DNA of 64,000 nucleotides. Source: Callorhinchus milii (Eukaryota). Made by a program: the position numbers and the translations under genes. The DNA lies in NCBI RefSeq assembly GCF_018977255.1, contig NW_024704762.1:3906001-3970000 (forward strand), read 5' to 3'. This document shows positions 44,810 through 62,282 of the stretch, one piece after another. How positions within the stretch are numbered: the first letter of the stretch is position 1; the number at the start of each line of letters is the position of its first letter. Below the pieces are notes generated by a model, which made no database searches, was not told where the DNA came from, and saw only the letters and a list, made by a program, of their open reading frames with translations.

Positions 44810-47750
44810 GGTGGAGGACCTGACAAAAGATGAACACAAGAGATTTAATTTGCTCTTCCTGATATTGATCTACGTTTGTTGCGTGTTCAGCCGGGCATCT
44901 GACACACGCGGAAACTCATTACCAGGACTAAGATTCTCCGACCCGAACAATGGAAAAATTCCAACATCTAAACCTCATATCCCATCGGTTGCTGCCACTG
45001 CAGTACACAAAAGGGGGAAAGATGCATGTGATGAACATCTTTTCGCTTTTTCACGAAGACAGAGCTCTTTAAAGCTCTCTGGGTCGCTACCCTGCCTGGA
45101 GGGCGCTATATAAGTGCAAGTTGTTGTTGTTTATGCATCAGCTTTGCATTCAATACAGTGCCTTTCGTGTTGAGAACAAGAACCATTTGTATTTACATAG
45201 CATCTCTCACGCAGGGTAGCGAGCCAGAGTACTTGACAGTGGTAGAGCACGACACCAAGCTGGAGGGAGGGCGTTGCTGGGGGAAGATGTCCGTACGCAC
45301 GGTCGAAAGGAAAGGTCTTCAGGTGCGTTATGAAGATGGGGAAGGAGGAGGCGAGGCAGAGGGATTTGACAGGCGCTCCGAGATGACCCCACCCCACTTG
45401 AAAGGCGCTGTATAAATACAAGTTGTTATTGTGGGAAGAAGTCTCAAAGCACTTCACAGAATTAGCTGTAAAGTGGAGTGACTGTGTACATTTGTAGGTG
45501 AGCGCGGCAGGCAATTTGCACACGGAAAAGTCCCACAAAGAGCCACACACAAAAAAAAACTGAGTGAGTGGGGGCTGTTGGCCAGGATATGGGAAGAACT
45601 TCTCTCCTCTTCACAGAGAGAAAAACACTTTAGCAGAAAAACTCAACTCTGTCCGATCAGCAAAGGAGGCGTATGACTTTAAGTGAAAACACATTTGAAT
45701 TCAATCAGAGAAAAAGAAACCCCAGGGGCTTGAATTTCCTCTCTGTTTGAACGCAAGCGATTTGTTGTTTGACAAACCCAAAAGTAAGTTTCCTGTGTTT
45801 TTAGATGAAGTACATATAACTCTATAACTTCTAAACTATTTGCTGACCAGATGTTCACTGGTTATGGTTTCAGTTTAACTGAGCTATACAAAAAAAAGTT
45901 AACGTTTGATTTCCTTTCCCTTTTCGTCTCTCTCAAAAAAAAGTTTTTACCCTGTTAGACCAGTTGAGAGTGAAAGTTAGGAACAAAGTTTGCTTCTGGA
46001 ACGATTCAATCTGTTCATTTCTATTGCGAAAGGCGTATTCTTAAGGAGGATTAGCACAAGTTGTTAACAACACTTGAAGCCCTTTAGGGTAGGTTGGGTC
46101 CCTAGAAAAATGTGTCCAGATTTTTGCGAATCGCTGGCAAAGGGTCACAGCCTCTCAAGTCTCCTGTCCAAGTACAGGTTGTCTCTTAACTGCCCATGAT
46201 TTGCCCAAGACGGAAGGTCTCACCTGATAGAATAGCCTCTCCGAGGAAGACTGCTGCTCGTAAGATTGCAGACCTGCTGACTGAGTGTAAAAAGCAACTT
46301 CCTTCCAGTCATCTCATGTGACTGGAAAATTCCCCGAGTCCAATNNNNNNNNNNNNNNNNNNNNNNNNNNNNNNNNNNNNNNNNNNNNNNNNNNNNNNNN
46401 NNNNNNNNNNNNNNNNNNNNNNNNNNNNNNNNNNNNNNNNNNNNNNNNNNNNNNNNNNNNNNNNNNNNNNNNNNNNNNNNNGACGTGATAAGGCACTCTA
46501 TCAAAAGCAGGGATTTTTATTATTTTTACTACACTGATCATCCTATTTAGAGCAGGGAGGGATAATGCAGGAAAGAGCAGTTATTGTCGGCCTGTAAATC
46601 GAGGGCACTTTTTTCTGGTTTAAATGCAATCCTACAATCTACAAGGAAATAAAATGGGGTTCTTCACCCACTCCTCCCCCTCCCACCCCAGTTAAGTGGG
46701 TTAGCGTGAGTTACATTTCACACAAAACACACAGTTACTACACTTTGCAGTACATCCTGTGAAGCGCTTTGCGATGTCCTCCCAGCATGAAATGAGCTGT
46801 ACCAAATGCAAAAAATATTATTACTAATAAATAATAATAAATAATAACAATTCTTACCTTCGGTTTAGCACTTTATCACGTCAGAAGGACGTGCCAAGGG
46901 TCATCACAGGTGCTTCACAGCTAACTGTGAAGTGGAGTAACTGTGTATTTGTTAGCAAACACGCCAGCAAAATTGCACATAAGCAACGTCCCACATACAG
47001 CCGTGGAGTGAGTGACCAATTTTATTTAAGGGACTGTTGGCGAGGACGCCGTGGGATCTTTAACGTCTCATCCAAAGAGCAGCACCTCCGACAATCCAGC
47101 ACACCCCCAGCACTGCATTGGAGCGTCATCTTAGACCATGTGAGTTCAAGTTCAAGAACCCACAAGCTTCTGACTCACAGACGAGAGTGCTACCACTGAG
47201 CCAGGCTGACACGCTAACAGTTACCTGTGTTTTTTTGTGTGGGGTGCTCACATCCCCGGGGAGGGAACTGAGTGCCCAGGTAGATGTTGGGTGTATATTA
47301 CGTATTGTTTAGGTGAAATGAGAGGGAGTGGGGGGGGTGGGAAAGTGTTCTCCCAGGAGGTGACTCAGCACCAATGTCTCTCTATTGTTCCAATCATTGG
47401 AACGAGCTCTTATCCAGAAAGACTTGATAAACTGCTTCTCAAGGAGGAACGTCACTGGTTGGCCTGACCAGGACACCGAAAGTGTCCCATTTCCAGCACT
47501 AATAATAATAATAATCCTTGCATTTGATACAGCTCCTGATCATGTCGTCAAGACGACTCAAAGCGCTTCATCAAATAAACTGTAAAGCGAACTGAATGTA
47601 CTTTTGCGGGTGAAATTCGGCGGCCAATTGCGCACAGCAGTGAACCACAAACAGTCGTGGTTTGAGTGACACAGTGAAGATTGGTTTGGTTGAGTTCCTT
47701 TTTTTTAAAAAACCAAATAAAGACACAATTTATTTTTTACAAACTTAAGT

Positions 47751-47756
47751 TTTATT
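47751..47756 (-). terminator. Candidate poly(A) signal of gene D
   Basis: AATAAA ~1.2 kb past the stop, followed by GU-rich AATTGTGTCTTTATTT. Confidence 0.5.
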
Positions 47757-48953
47757 TTAATCTCTGGTGCTCAGAATACACTTAAAAGTCTAGCAATGCA
47801 ATTTTTGCAGGGAAGTTTCTAGAAAGCAAATCACATCCACGCACAATATTATATCTCGGCTTTAAAAGCACAATGGGGCATTAACCTTTCAAACACCACA
47901 CCAACACCAGAGCTCCAAATCCAAGATTTGTACATTTCCTCGTGAAATGTTGCAGCGTAAATTCCACTTTGGAACAATTATCAGTAGAATTTTGTATTTC
48001 TTTTTCAAGGGGCAGACAGATTTGGCTCTAGATTTACCGTAGAACTTGCCAAATTCTGGGTAAAAATAATTATTAATAAGTAACAATAATAATTATTGTT
48101 AATATTAATACTGTGAAATGCTAAGAAGATAGAATAACTCGAGAACCAGGTGGAATTTCTCTCTCTTAAGCAGTTAGTGTAAATTATTTCAATAATTATA
48201 CTTCATGTTGTTTCTTTCATGTAAAATAACAGAAACCCAGGATTAAGTTGTAGGTGATGAAGCAATGGGGTGGTTAATAATAAGGACATAGATTACAAGT
48301 TCTTCATCCTTGTAGGAGGCAGGTTTGCATCTGTCTCCTCCATAGGTGTCTCTTCAATTCCCTCTAATTAATTAATTGGCACATTGAATGCTTCATTCAT
48401 GCTGCTTATCTGGGTTGTGATTCCCTGTGGATCCCTGCTCCTCACACACACCCACACATACACACACCCAGCCCCCAACCCCCCCCCAAGCCCAGAGCTG
48501 GTCAAGTCACACCCAAGATCTATGAACATCTTGCACTGTCCATCCCTGCCCACCCCATCAACACCAACGCTGATTCATCTCAAAGCTTTTGGGCTGTCCC
48601 TAAGGTTTTGCCCCCAAAAGTTACTAAAGTTACATTAAATATACTTTGGACAATTTTAATGCACATATAATATCAGCCATCAAAGTGATATTCAACATCA
48701 AATTTCAGAACAGATTCATCTGAATATTCCAGTGGATAATCTGGCCTGACAGCAACAACACAATTTCTTGCTGTCAGGCCCCAAATTTCCTGGCAAATGA
48801 AGACCTTGAGTCAACAGGTTCAATTGGTCTCCTATATAATCAACACACAATCACACCGCTGTAAATGGAAACATGTATAACATTATAAAGTGGAATTTTG
48901 TTGGAGGGTCTTATCCTCGGCCCCTCCTGTCTGCACGCCTGGAAGCCTTGCCC

Positions 48954-54759
<5,806 letters not shown>

Positions 54760-55724
54760 CGCAAATTACCTAACGGAATAAAAACAATGCCGTCAAAGTC
54801 AATCAATCAAAATTTAAAGGGATCAGTGAACAAGAACTATTCCCTTCACTCACCTGTGTACATGTGTGTTGCTCATTCACCTGTGTATTTGTGTGACACT
54901 GCACTCACCCATGTACTTGTGTGATACTGTCTCACCTGTGTATTATTCCTCTCACCTGCGTGACAAGCAGTGATTTGTATTGGACTATCTTTGACCTGAA
55001 CTTTCACCAAATTGATCTGCTTTTCTCACCAGACAGATGTGACTCTAAGATCTCCCGCACACCAGTACTGACAGCAACAACTTAGCAACTCTCTTGCTGC
55101 GTCTTTCTGACAAAGAAACCCGATAACGAAGACTGATGGGTCAGCAATTTCAAGTTGGAACTGAATAATAATGATCCTCGCAATTTGATACAACGCCTTT
55201 CACGTCAGGAGGACGTCTCAAAGCGCTTCACAGGATTGACTGTAAAGGGAAGCGACGAGAAATTTAGACACAGGGGTAGAATTGTGCAGATTCTTTAAAA
55301 TTTGGGACTGGCTGGATCACAGTGGTCTTTTTTGCTCTTATCAAAGACTTAGCAAAACCAAAACACTCTTATTTAGTGATCTGGGTATGGTAAAGGTACT
55401 GTGCAATTATCCCATTCCTCTAGTTTGTATCAGCGCTACTGTGGTAACAATTCTCAACTGCGTACCACTTTATTACCCAAAGGCTTCCTTCTGCATCACA
55501 ACTTAATCAGCCTGGCTTAAGCTAAGGCTGATAGTGCTTTCGCCTGTTTCAGATGATTTTATGGAACTTAATTGTGGATTCAAGTTCCATACGCCACATG
55601 CTTCTGTTTATCCAGCAGTAAATAGGAACCCAGTTGTTAGTTGATGGGCGGATCACTTTCCGGGGGTAAAAATCCCTCCAAAAATAAATAATGTGGTCAC
55701 TCAATTCACGACTGTTTGTGGGAC

Positions 55725-56182
55725 TGTTGGGATTTCCGATCCCGAGAGTTTGAAATATGACCCGACCATCCGAGGTGGTGCAATAATTATTTTATTAAAA
55801 GACAGTGAGCTTAACAGTGTGTAAAGAAGAGTAAGTAACAAAAGTGGAAGAAGATTCCTTTGCTGTCGTCACGTGCTTGCCCTGGTTTCGCTGCCCAGTT
55901 CCCTTGCTCGCCCTCCTGCCAGCTGGGACTAACTGACTTCTTTCTTACCCTTCGCTAATTATACCCTTTTCTGGACTCTTGCCAGATACCTTCTTCCCTC
56001 TCACAACTCGTCCTGCACATACTCATCCTAATCAATCATTGCCCTGACCGGTGTTGATAAGGTGAGTCTCCATTGTCTTGTTGATATTGATGTTATTCGG
56101 GACTGGCCTTGGGACCTCCTTTGAGCAGTTTATCCTTCTTAATTAGGAAGTCCCCCCTCCTTATCTTCCGAGGCCTGGCACA
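55725..56182 (-). mobile_element. Solo LTR (458 bp)
   Basis: TG...CA termini; 4-bp TSD GGAC (55721-55724 and 56183-56186); splits a SINE; minus-strand GGGTATAA (55959-55966) and AATAAA (55791-55796). Confidence 0.75.
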
Positions 56183-57462
56183 GGACGCTGTCTTGCGCAA
56201 CTGACTGTTGCGTTTCACCCATAAAATATCCAGTCAATTCACTTTACAGTATATTCTGTGAAGCACTTTGAGTCGTCTCAATGATGTGATAAGGCACTAT
56301 TATCAAATGCAAGGATTATTATTATATCAAGCACCTGCCCACACAGTTCATCATGTGACCAGAAAATGTAAGGTAATTTACATTTACAGATAATAGAATC
56401 CTTCAGCACAGAATGAGGCCATTCGGCCCATCGTACCTGCTCTTTAAATCCAACTACAACAACAACAACCACATTTGTATCGCGCCTTTCAAAACAAGTC
56501 TCACTCTCCCGTTCCTTCCCCAAAGCCTTGCAATTTTTTTTCATTTACAAGAACCTATCCAATGCCCTTTAGAAAGTTATTATTTATCTATTTATCTTAT
56601 TATTTATCTATTATTATCTACTTCCTCCACCCTTTCAGGCAGTGCATTCTAGATCGTAACAAGTCGCTGCGTAAAAAGAAATCTCCTCGTCTCGCCTCTG
56701 GTTCTTTTGTTTGCCAATTATCTGGAATCTGTGCCCACCTGGAGGAAAGTTTCTCCTTATTTAGTCGACCAAAAATCCTCAGAATTTTTAACAACTCGAT
56801 TAAATCTCCCTTGAAGGAGAACAATCTTAATTCTGCAAAGAAAATAAGAAGCAAGATAGACATCCAACAGGCAGCGTGTGAGGACGTTGTGTGTGTGTGT
56901 GTGTGTTTGAAGAGGACGAATTACAGTATTTCTGCAGATAAAAGAGTTTGCAAAGATGGTGTCAATTTCGAAGTGAAACCAAACATTCTTCAAGACACTG
57001 AAACTTCTGGAAATCACCAGCCTAAGAATGTTTCTGTTTCACTTGAAATTCGACCTTTATTTACAGTAATTGACCTCCCCCCAATGAACTACCCTTAGCA
57101 TTTCTGTATCGATCAGGAAGTACTGTATATAAAGTATTCAATGTGATAGTTTCTCAACGTGCAGCTGAGGCGTGGGATTTAGTCAGTGCCGGGGAGAGAC
57201 AAGCGATCTCCAAACCCTCTGGGGTAAAAGTCTCTCCCATTCTCCGTTTCGCCTTTAACTTTGAGCAAAAGTTTAGCAAAATTTTGAAAACTTTTTTTTG
57301 CTCTGTACCTCGGCGTGAGAGCAGGAAGGAACATGGGGACATGTTTGCCTCACCTAATGATTTACACCGTTAATTCTTTCTTTTTAACTTACGCCAAATT
57401 CTTTCATCTCTGAGCCCTGAGAATCAAATAGGAGGGTTTTTTTTTCACATGTTATTCCTTAC

Positions 57463-57640
57463 CTTTCTCAGCTTCTTCTCTCCTGGATGAACAAGAGCCA
57501 CCAAAAAAAACCCCTAGTCTGAAGCTATCGGGAAATGGTACGGATCTTATTTAATCAGGCTCCACCCAGTGACATTACTTCATGTGACCTGTTCAGATTT
57601 TTTTGCTTAGATATGAAAAACACATTACTTCCTCTTTCGA
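57463..57640 (-). promoter_or_regulatory. Probable exon 1 and promoter of gene D (TATA-like, M-box/CLEAR, PU.1 site)
   Basis: Donor AAG|GTAAG at 57462; TTAAATAA at 57547-57554; GTCACATGA at 57580-57588; AAAGAGGAAGT at 57627-57637. Confidence 0.55.
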
Positions 57641-60600
57641 CTTGAATTCCGCTTTTTGCAACTGCTTTGTACAGTACAATACAGCAGTGTATTGACAGAT
57701 CTCCCAATTTGTAACTTCCTGCTTTGTGATTATTTGTTAATTCATCATCATCATAATAATAATAATAATCCTTGCATTTGATATATCACGTCTTCGAGAC
57801 GTCTCAAAGCGATGCACGGAATACACTGTAAAGCGAATCGACTGTGTATTTTATTGCATTTTAAGTTTATTATCCAGTGACGGAAACACGGCAACCATTT
57901 GCATCCAGCAAGCAAGGTGTTCGGCCACAAAGCCATTCTATCCATAGTGTTGACTAAGGCACCAGGAGAAACTACTCTTCGAATAGTGTCGTGAGATGTT
58001 TACCAGGCAGCCGGGTCCTTGGATTAAACACCTCCCAAAAGACAGCAACCCCCCACCCACACCTCCACCCCCACTGCAGTGTTAGAGTGATAGCAGAGAT
58101 GGAACTTTATCCAGACATGGAGCTTGGACCCACAATCTTCTGATCCAGAGGCAAAATTGTGGACCAACTGAGCCCAAAGCATGATACAGCCAAGTTTGTT
58201 CAGGCAACACTGACGCCCTCTGTAACTCAAGTAATATTAATAATCCTTGCATTTGATACAGCGCCTTATCACATCTTCGAGACGTCTCAAAGCGCTTCAC
58301 AGAATATACCGTAATGTGAATTGACTGTATATTTTGTGGGCAAAACAAGATCTTGACCATTCTTTTCCTGTGTCGTGTTCTCGTTCTCATTTCTCAGCTA
58401 TAATGACAGAAGTGAAACTCTCCATCTTAAGAAATTCAATCATATGATGGATCATTGTGACAACTTCTGTTTCTCGTGTGGTCAATTGCTCAAAGAGAAC
58501 CTTTTTGACTCACAAATCAGTTTGAATGGGAAAACCTCATCACATTCTTCCTCCCACTGTCCCCACATGATATAGTTGGTAAAGTAACAGTTTTATGAGA
58601 CACCTGGGTTCAATTCCAGGCAGGGCAAAACCTTGGGCAAGTTTCCTTCCTCCACACACCTAATAATAATCCCTTCAAACCCAAAAAAAAAAAAAAATTG
58701 GTCATTTTCAATCCACGACTGTTTGTGGGACACTGCTGTGCGTAATCGGCTGCTGCGTTTTGCCCACAAATATGCTGTCAATTCACTTTACAGTCTATTC
58801 TGTGAAGCGCTTTGAGACGTCGAGAAGACGTGAAAAGCACTATATCAAATGCAAGGATTATTATTATTATTATTATTGGTAAAGTATGAAAGAGATGTGA
58901 TGTTAAAATTAAATGTTCCTATGTTCCTTACAATAATCCTTGCATTTGACATAATACCTTATCATGTCATTGAGACATCTCAAAGCACAAGATTTTACTG
59001 TGAAGTGTAGTTGTAGGCAAATGCAGTAGCCAATTTGTAGACAGCAACGTTCATGTTTTTATTTGGGCGATTGTTGGACAGGACACCAAGATAAACTCCT
59101 TTCTCTTTTCCAATAGTGCCGTGGGTTGTTTAATGTCTAAATGTTTAATGTTCACCTGGAAAGGCAGTCAGGACTTCAGTTTAACATCTCATCCAAAACA
59201 TTGCACATCCGACAATGCAACACACCACCAGCACAGCATTGGAGGGTCAGGATGCACTCTGTGAGCTCAAAGCCCCGACGTGAGGCTTGAACCTACAGCC
59301 TTCTAATTCAGAGACGAGAGTTCTACCAACTGAGGTCTGTTTGATAAAAATTTCTCCTGGTGTCCTGGACAACAGCCCGCCCCCCAAATAAAATTCACTT
59401 TGTGGCTGTTTGTGGGACTTTGCTGTACACAAATTGGTTGCTGTGTTCACATAGACACTTTGAGCTCAAAAGGGCCAATATGGGGTTATAACAAACTGAG
59501 CCAAGGACCATAACAAAAACAGATGGTCAGAGCTTAATAGGTGCAGGGGCACCGATGTTACCATGTGAGTCTCAGATGTGCTCACAATAGCTCGTGTGTC
59601 TGTTCCTTTCTTTAGAAACAGATCCACAAATTAAATAAATATGGAAATGAAATATCACTTCCTCATCATAGCCAATTTGGATAGTTTTTGCGTGCTCCTC
59701 CAAAATAAAAATTGATTGTTCGCTTCATGACTGTTTCTTGGAAACTGTTCGGCCTCGGCCCCACCTTTCTTCCCCATCATCAGGTCGCGCCTGAAGACCT
59801 TCCTCTTCGACCGCGCCTACGGTCACCTCCACCTCTCCCCGGCTCAGGGTCGTGCTCCACCACCATCAAGCGCTCTGGGTCTCTATCCTGCGCGAGGAGG
59901 CGTTGTATAAATGCAAATTGTTGCTGTTGTGTGCAAATTGGCTGTGTACAGAATACACAGCCGCTACATTATGCATGACATCCCCTGAAGTGCTTTGAGA
60001 TGTCCTCCTGATCTATGCTAAATCAAATGCAAGGATTACTTTTAGTGGTCAGCGTGGAACACAACCTGTTAAAGGGGGAAGTTGAACGAGATCTAGGGTT
60101 GGTCAGTTGACTCATCGCTCACGCTGTCAAAAAATTATGAGTCAGCAATAAGCAGCGCAAACAGGACGCTGAGCAAATGTTTCCAAATCAGTTGATTTCA
60201 GGTCTGATTCAAGTTGGATAATGCAATCTGCCTACAGTGGTTTGGTCAGGCCTTACGTGCAGTACTGCGCATAAGTCTGGTCGCTATGATGCAAGGAGGC
60301 AATGCAACCCAACCAGTAACTGGGTCACCTCTCATCCGTCACGTTAGTGTCACAAGCACTCCGGGGCACGACCCCACAATGTCCTGTAGCTCAGTGGTTA
60401 GAACACTCGCTTTGCAAGTGAGAGACCTGAGTTCAATTCCAGGCAGAGGGCGAAACCTTGGGCAAGTTTCCTTACTCCACACAGAGCCTAATAATAATCC
60501 CTCCAAAACCAAAAACAATAATAAATTGGTCACTTTCAATCCATGACTGTTTGTGGGACACTGCTCTGCGCAATTGGCTGCCGCGTTCGCCCACAAATAT

Positions 60601-60796
60601 ATAGCTCAAAGTCCCAACACGGGAGCCCACAATCTCCTAACACAGCGGTGTGATTGCTACCAACTGAGTCAGACAGACAGACAAAATAAGACACAATTTT
60701 AAATGCAATCGGCTGCAATTCTCTTTATTTAAATAAAACTTGTAGCGAATCAATCTGTGAAAGATTTCGCAACCCGGGGCGCTGCCTTACATTGGA

Positions 60797-60990
60797 GCCA
60801 AGCCAGGCCAGGCCAAGCCAGGCCAAGCCAGGCCAGGCCAAGCCAAGCCAAGCCAGGCCAAGCCATGCCAAGCTATGCCAGGCCAGGCCAGGCCAGGCTA
60901 AGCTAAGCCAGGCCAAGCCAAGCCAAGCCAACCCAAGCCAGACCAGGCCAGGCCAGGCCAAGCCAAGCCAGACCAGGCCAGGCCAGGCCC
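60797..60990. repeat. (CCAGG/CCAAG)n pentanucleotide array
   Basis: About 38 mixed units, read directly. Confidence 0.95.
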
Positions 60991-61351
60991 ACAACTGCTG
61001 AACACAAGTCCTTTTTTTTGCTGGAATCGCAGTGCTGTGTCGGTGGGGAGAAGTGAAGTAACTCTCAGGCACTCGCGGTGCCATTAACAGGCGCTGCCCA
61101 GCAGGGGGCGGGGGGGGGGGGGGCAAACAGCTGCTGATTCCTACTGCGGGTTTGCGCAGAAGTGGGGGGGGGAGTGGGGGGGGATAGAGAGAGAATAAAA
61201 AAAGAGTTGTATTGTTTTATGAATGGGTGAGGACAGTGTGTGAGTGAGGGAGTGAATGAGCGGATACTTTGTTGCCGTGTGACGGCGCGCGGTGTTGGGC
61301 GGCGCATACAATGTATCCGTGTGGGTTCCTTTGTGACGTGGGAAAAAGACC

Positions 61352-61406
61352 TGCGATGGCCGGGAATGGAACCCGAGAGCTCTGCTCTCCACTATACCAC
61401 CATCGC
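61352..61406 (-). pseudogene. tRNA-Gly(TCC)-derived element lacking the anticodon arm (55 nt)
   Basis: GCGATGGTGGTATAGTGGAGAGCAGAGCT-CTCGGGTTCCATTCCCGGCCATCGCA aligns to vertebrate tRNA-Gly(TCC), as I recall it, with a 17-nt internal deletion. A T5 run follows at 61343-61347. Confidence 0.75.
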
Positions 61407-61474
61407 TCAGCCACACTCACAGCTGCACACACTGGGACAGGAACTCCCCCCCACCCCCATCCTGTGTGTGGGTG

Positions 61475-62065
61475 TGGGGGGGGGGGGGGGAGGGGGTTAG
61501 TGGGATAGGGAGGGGGGGTTAGTGGGAGGGGGAGGGGGTTGAGGGGGAGGGGGGGTGAGTGGGAGGGGGAGCGGGGGTTAGTGGAATGCAGAGGGGGGTT
61601 AGTGGGATGGGGAGAGGGGTTAGTGGGATAGGGGGGGTTAGTGGGATGGGGAGGGGGGTTAGTGGGATAGGGGGGGGTTAGTGGGATGGGGAGGGGGGGT
61701 TAGTGGGATAGGGAGGGGGGTTAGTGGGAGGGGGAGCGGGGGTTAGTGGAATGCAGAGGGGGGGTTAGTGGGATAGGGAGGGGGGTTAGTGGGATAGGGG
61801 GGGGTTAGTGGGATGGGGAGGGGGGGTTAGTGGGATAGGGGGGATTAGTGGGATGGGGAGGGGGTGTTATTGGGATGGGGGGGTAGTGGGATGGGGAGAG
61901 GGCGTTAGTGGGATAGGGGGGGGTTAGTGGGATGGGGGGGGTAGTGGGATGGGGAGAGGGCGTTAGTGGGATAGGGGGGGGTTAATGGGATAGGGAGGGG
62001 CATTAGTGGGATGGAGAGGGGGGTTATTGGGATGGGGGGGGTAGTGGGATGGGGGGGTGGGGGGA
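61475..62065. repeat. G-rich minisatellite, unit ~GGGGGGTTAGTGGGAT(A/G)GGG(GA)
   Basis: Roughly 25-30 degenerate ~20-bp units, read directly. Confidence 0.95.
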
Positions 62066-62247
62066 GTTTGCTCTCCACCCCCACAATAACAACTTGCTTA
62101 CTCCCTGGCTCTCAAACCTCCGCAAAACACACGGTCACTACACTTGTATACCCGTACATATCCCGCGGCGACGTGATGAGGTCACTGTGTCGAACGCCGG
62201 GAATCAAACACCAACACAAATACAAAGGCGTTGTGTCAAACCCAGAG

Positions 62248-62282
<35 letters not shown>

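Noticed and set aside
56475-57098. 207-aa plus-strand ORF
   Set aside because: Runs through antisense CR1 remnants and a (GT)n repeat; no recognisable domain.
60725-61126. LAWPG/QARPS repetitive ORFs
   Set aside because: Translations of the pentanucleotide array.
60797-62065. CRISPR-like or interstitial-telomere interpretation of the tandem arrays
   Set aside because: No unique spacers, eukaryotic context, and no run of true TTAGGG units.
62190-62215. B-box-like GTTTGATTCCCGGCG on the minus strand
   Set aside because: No A box or cloverleaf; too short to call.
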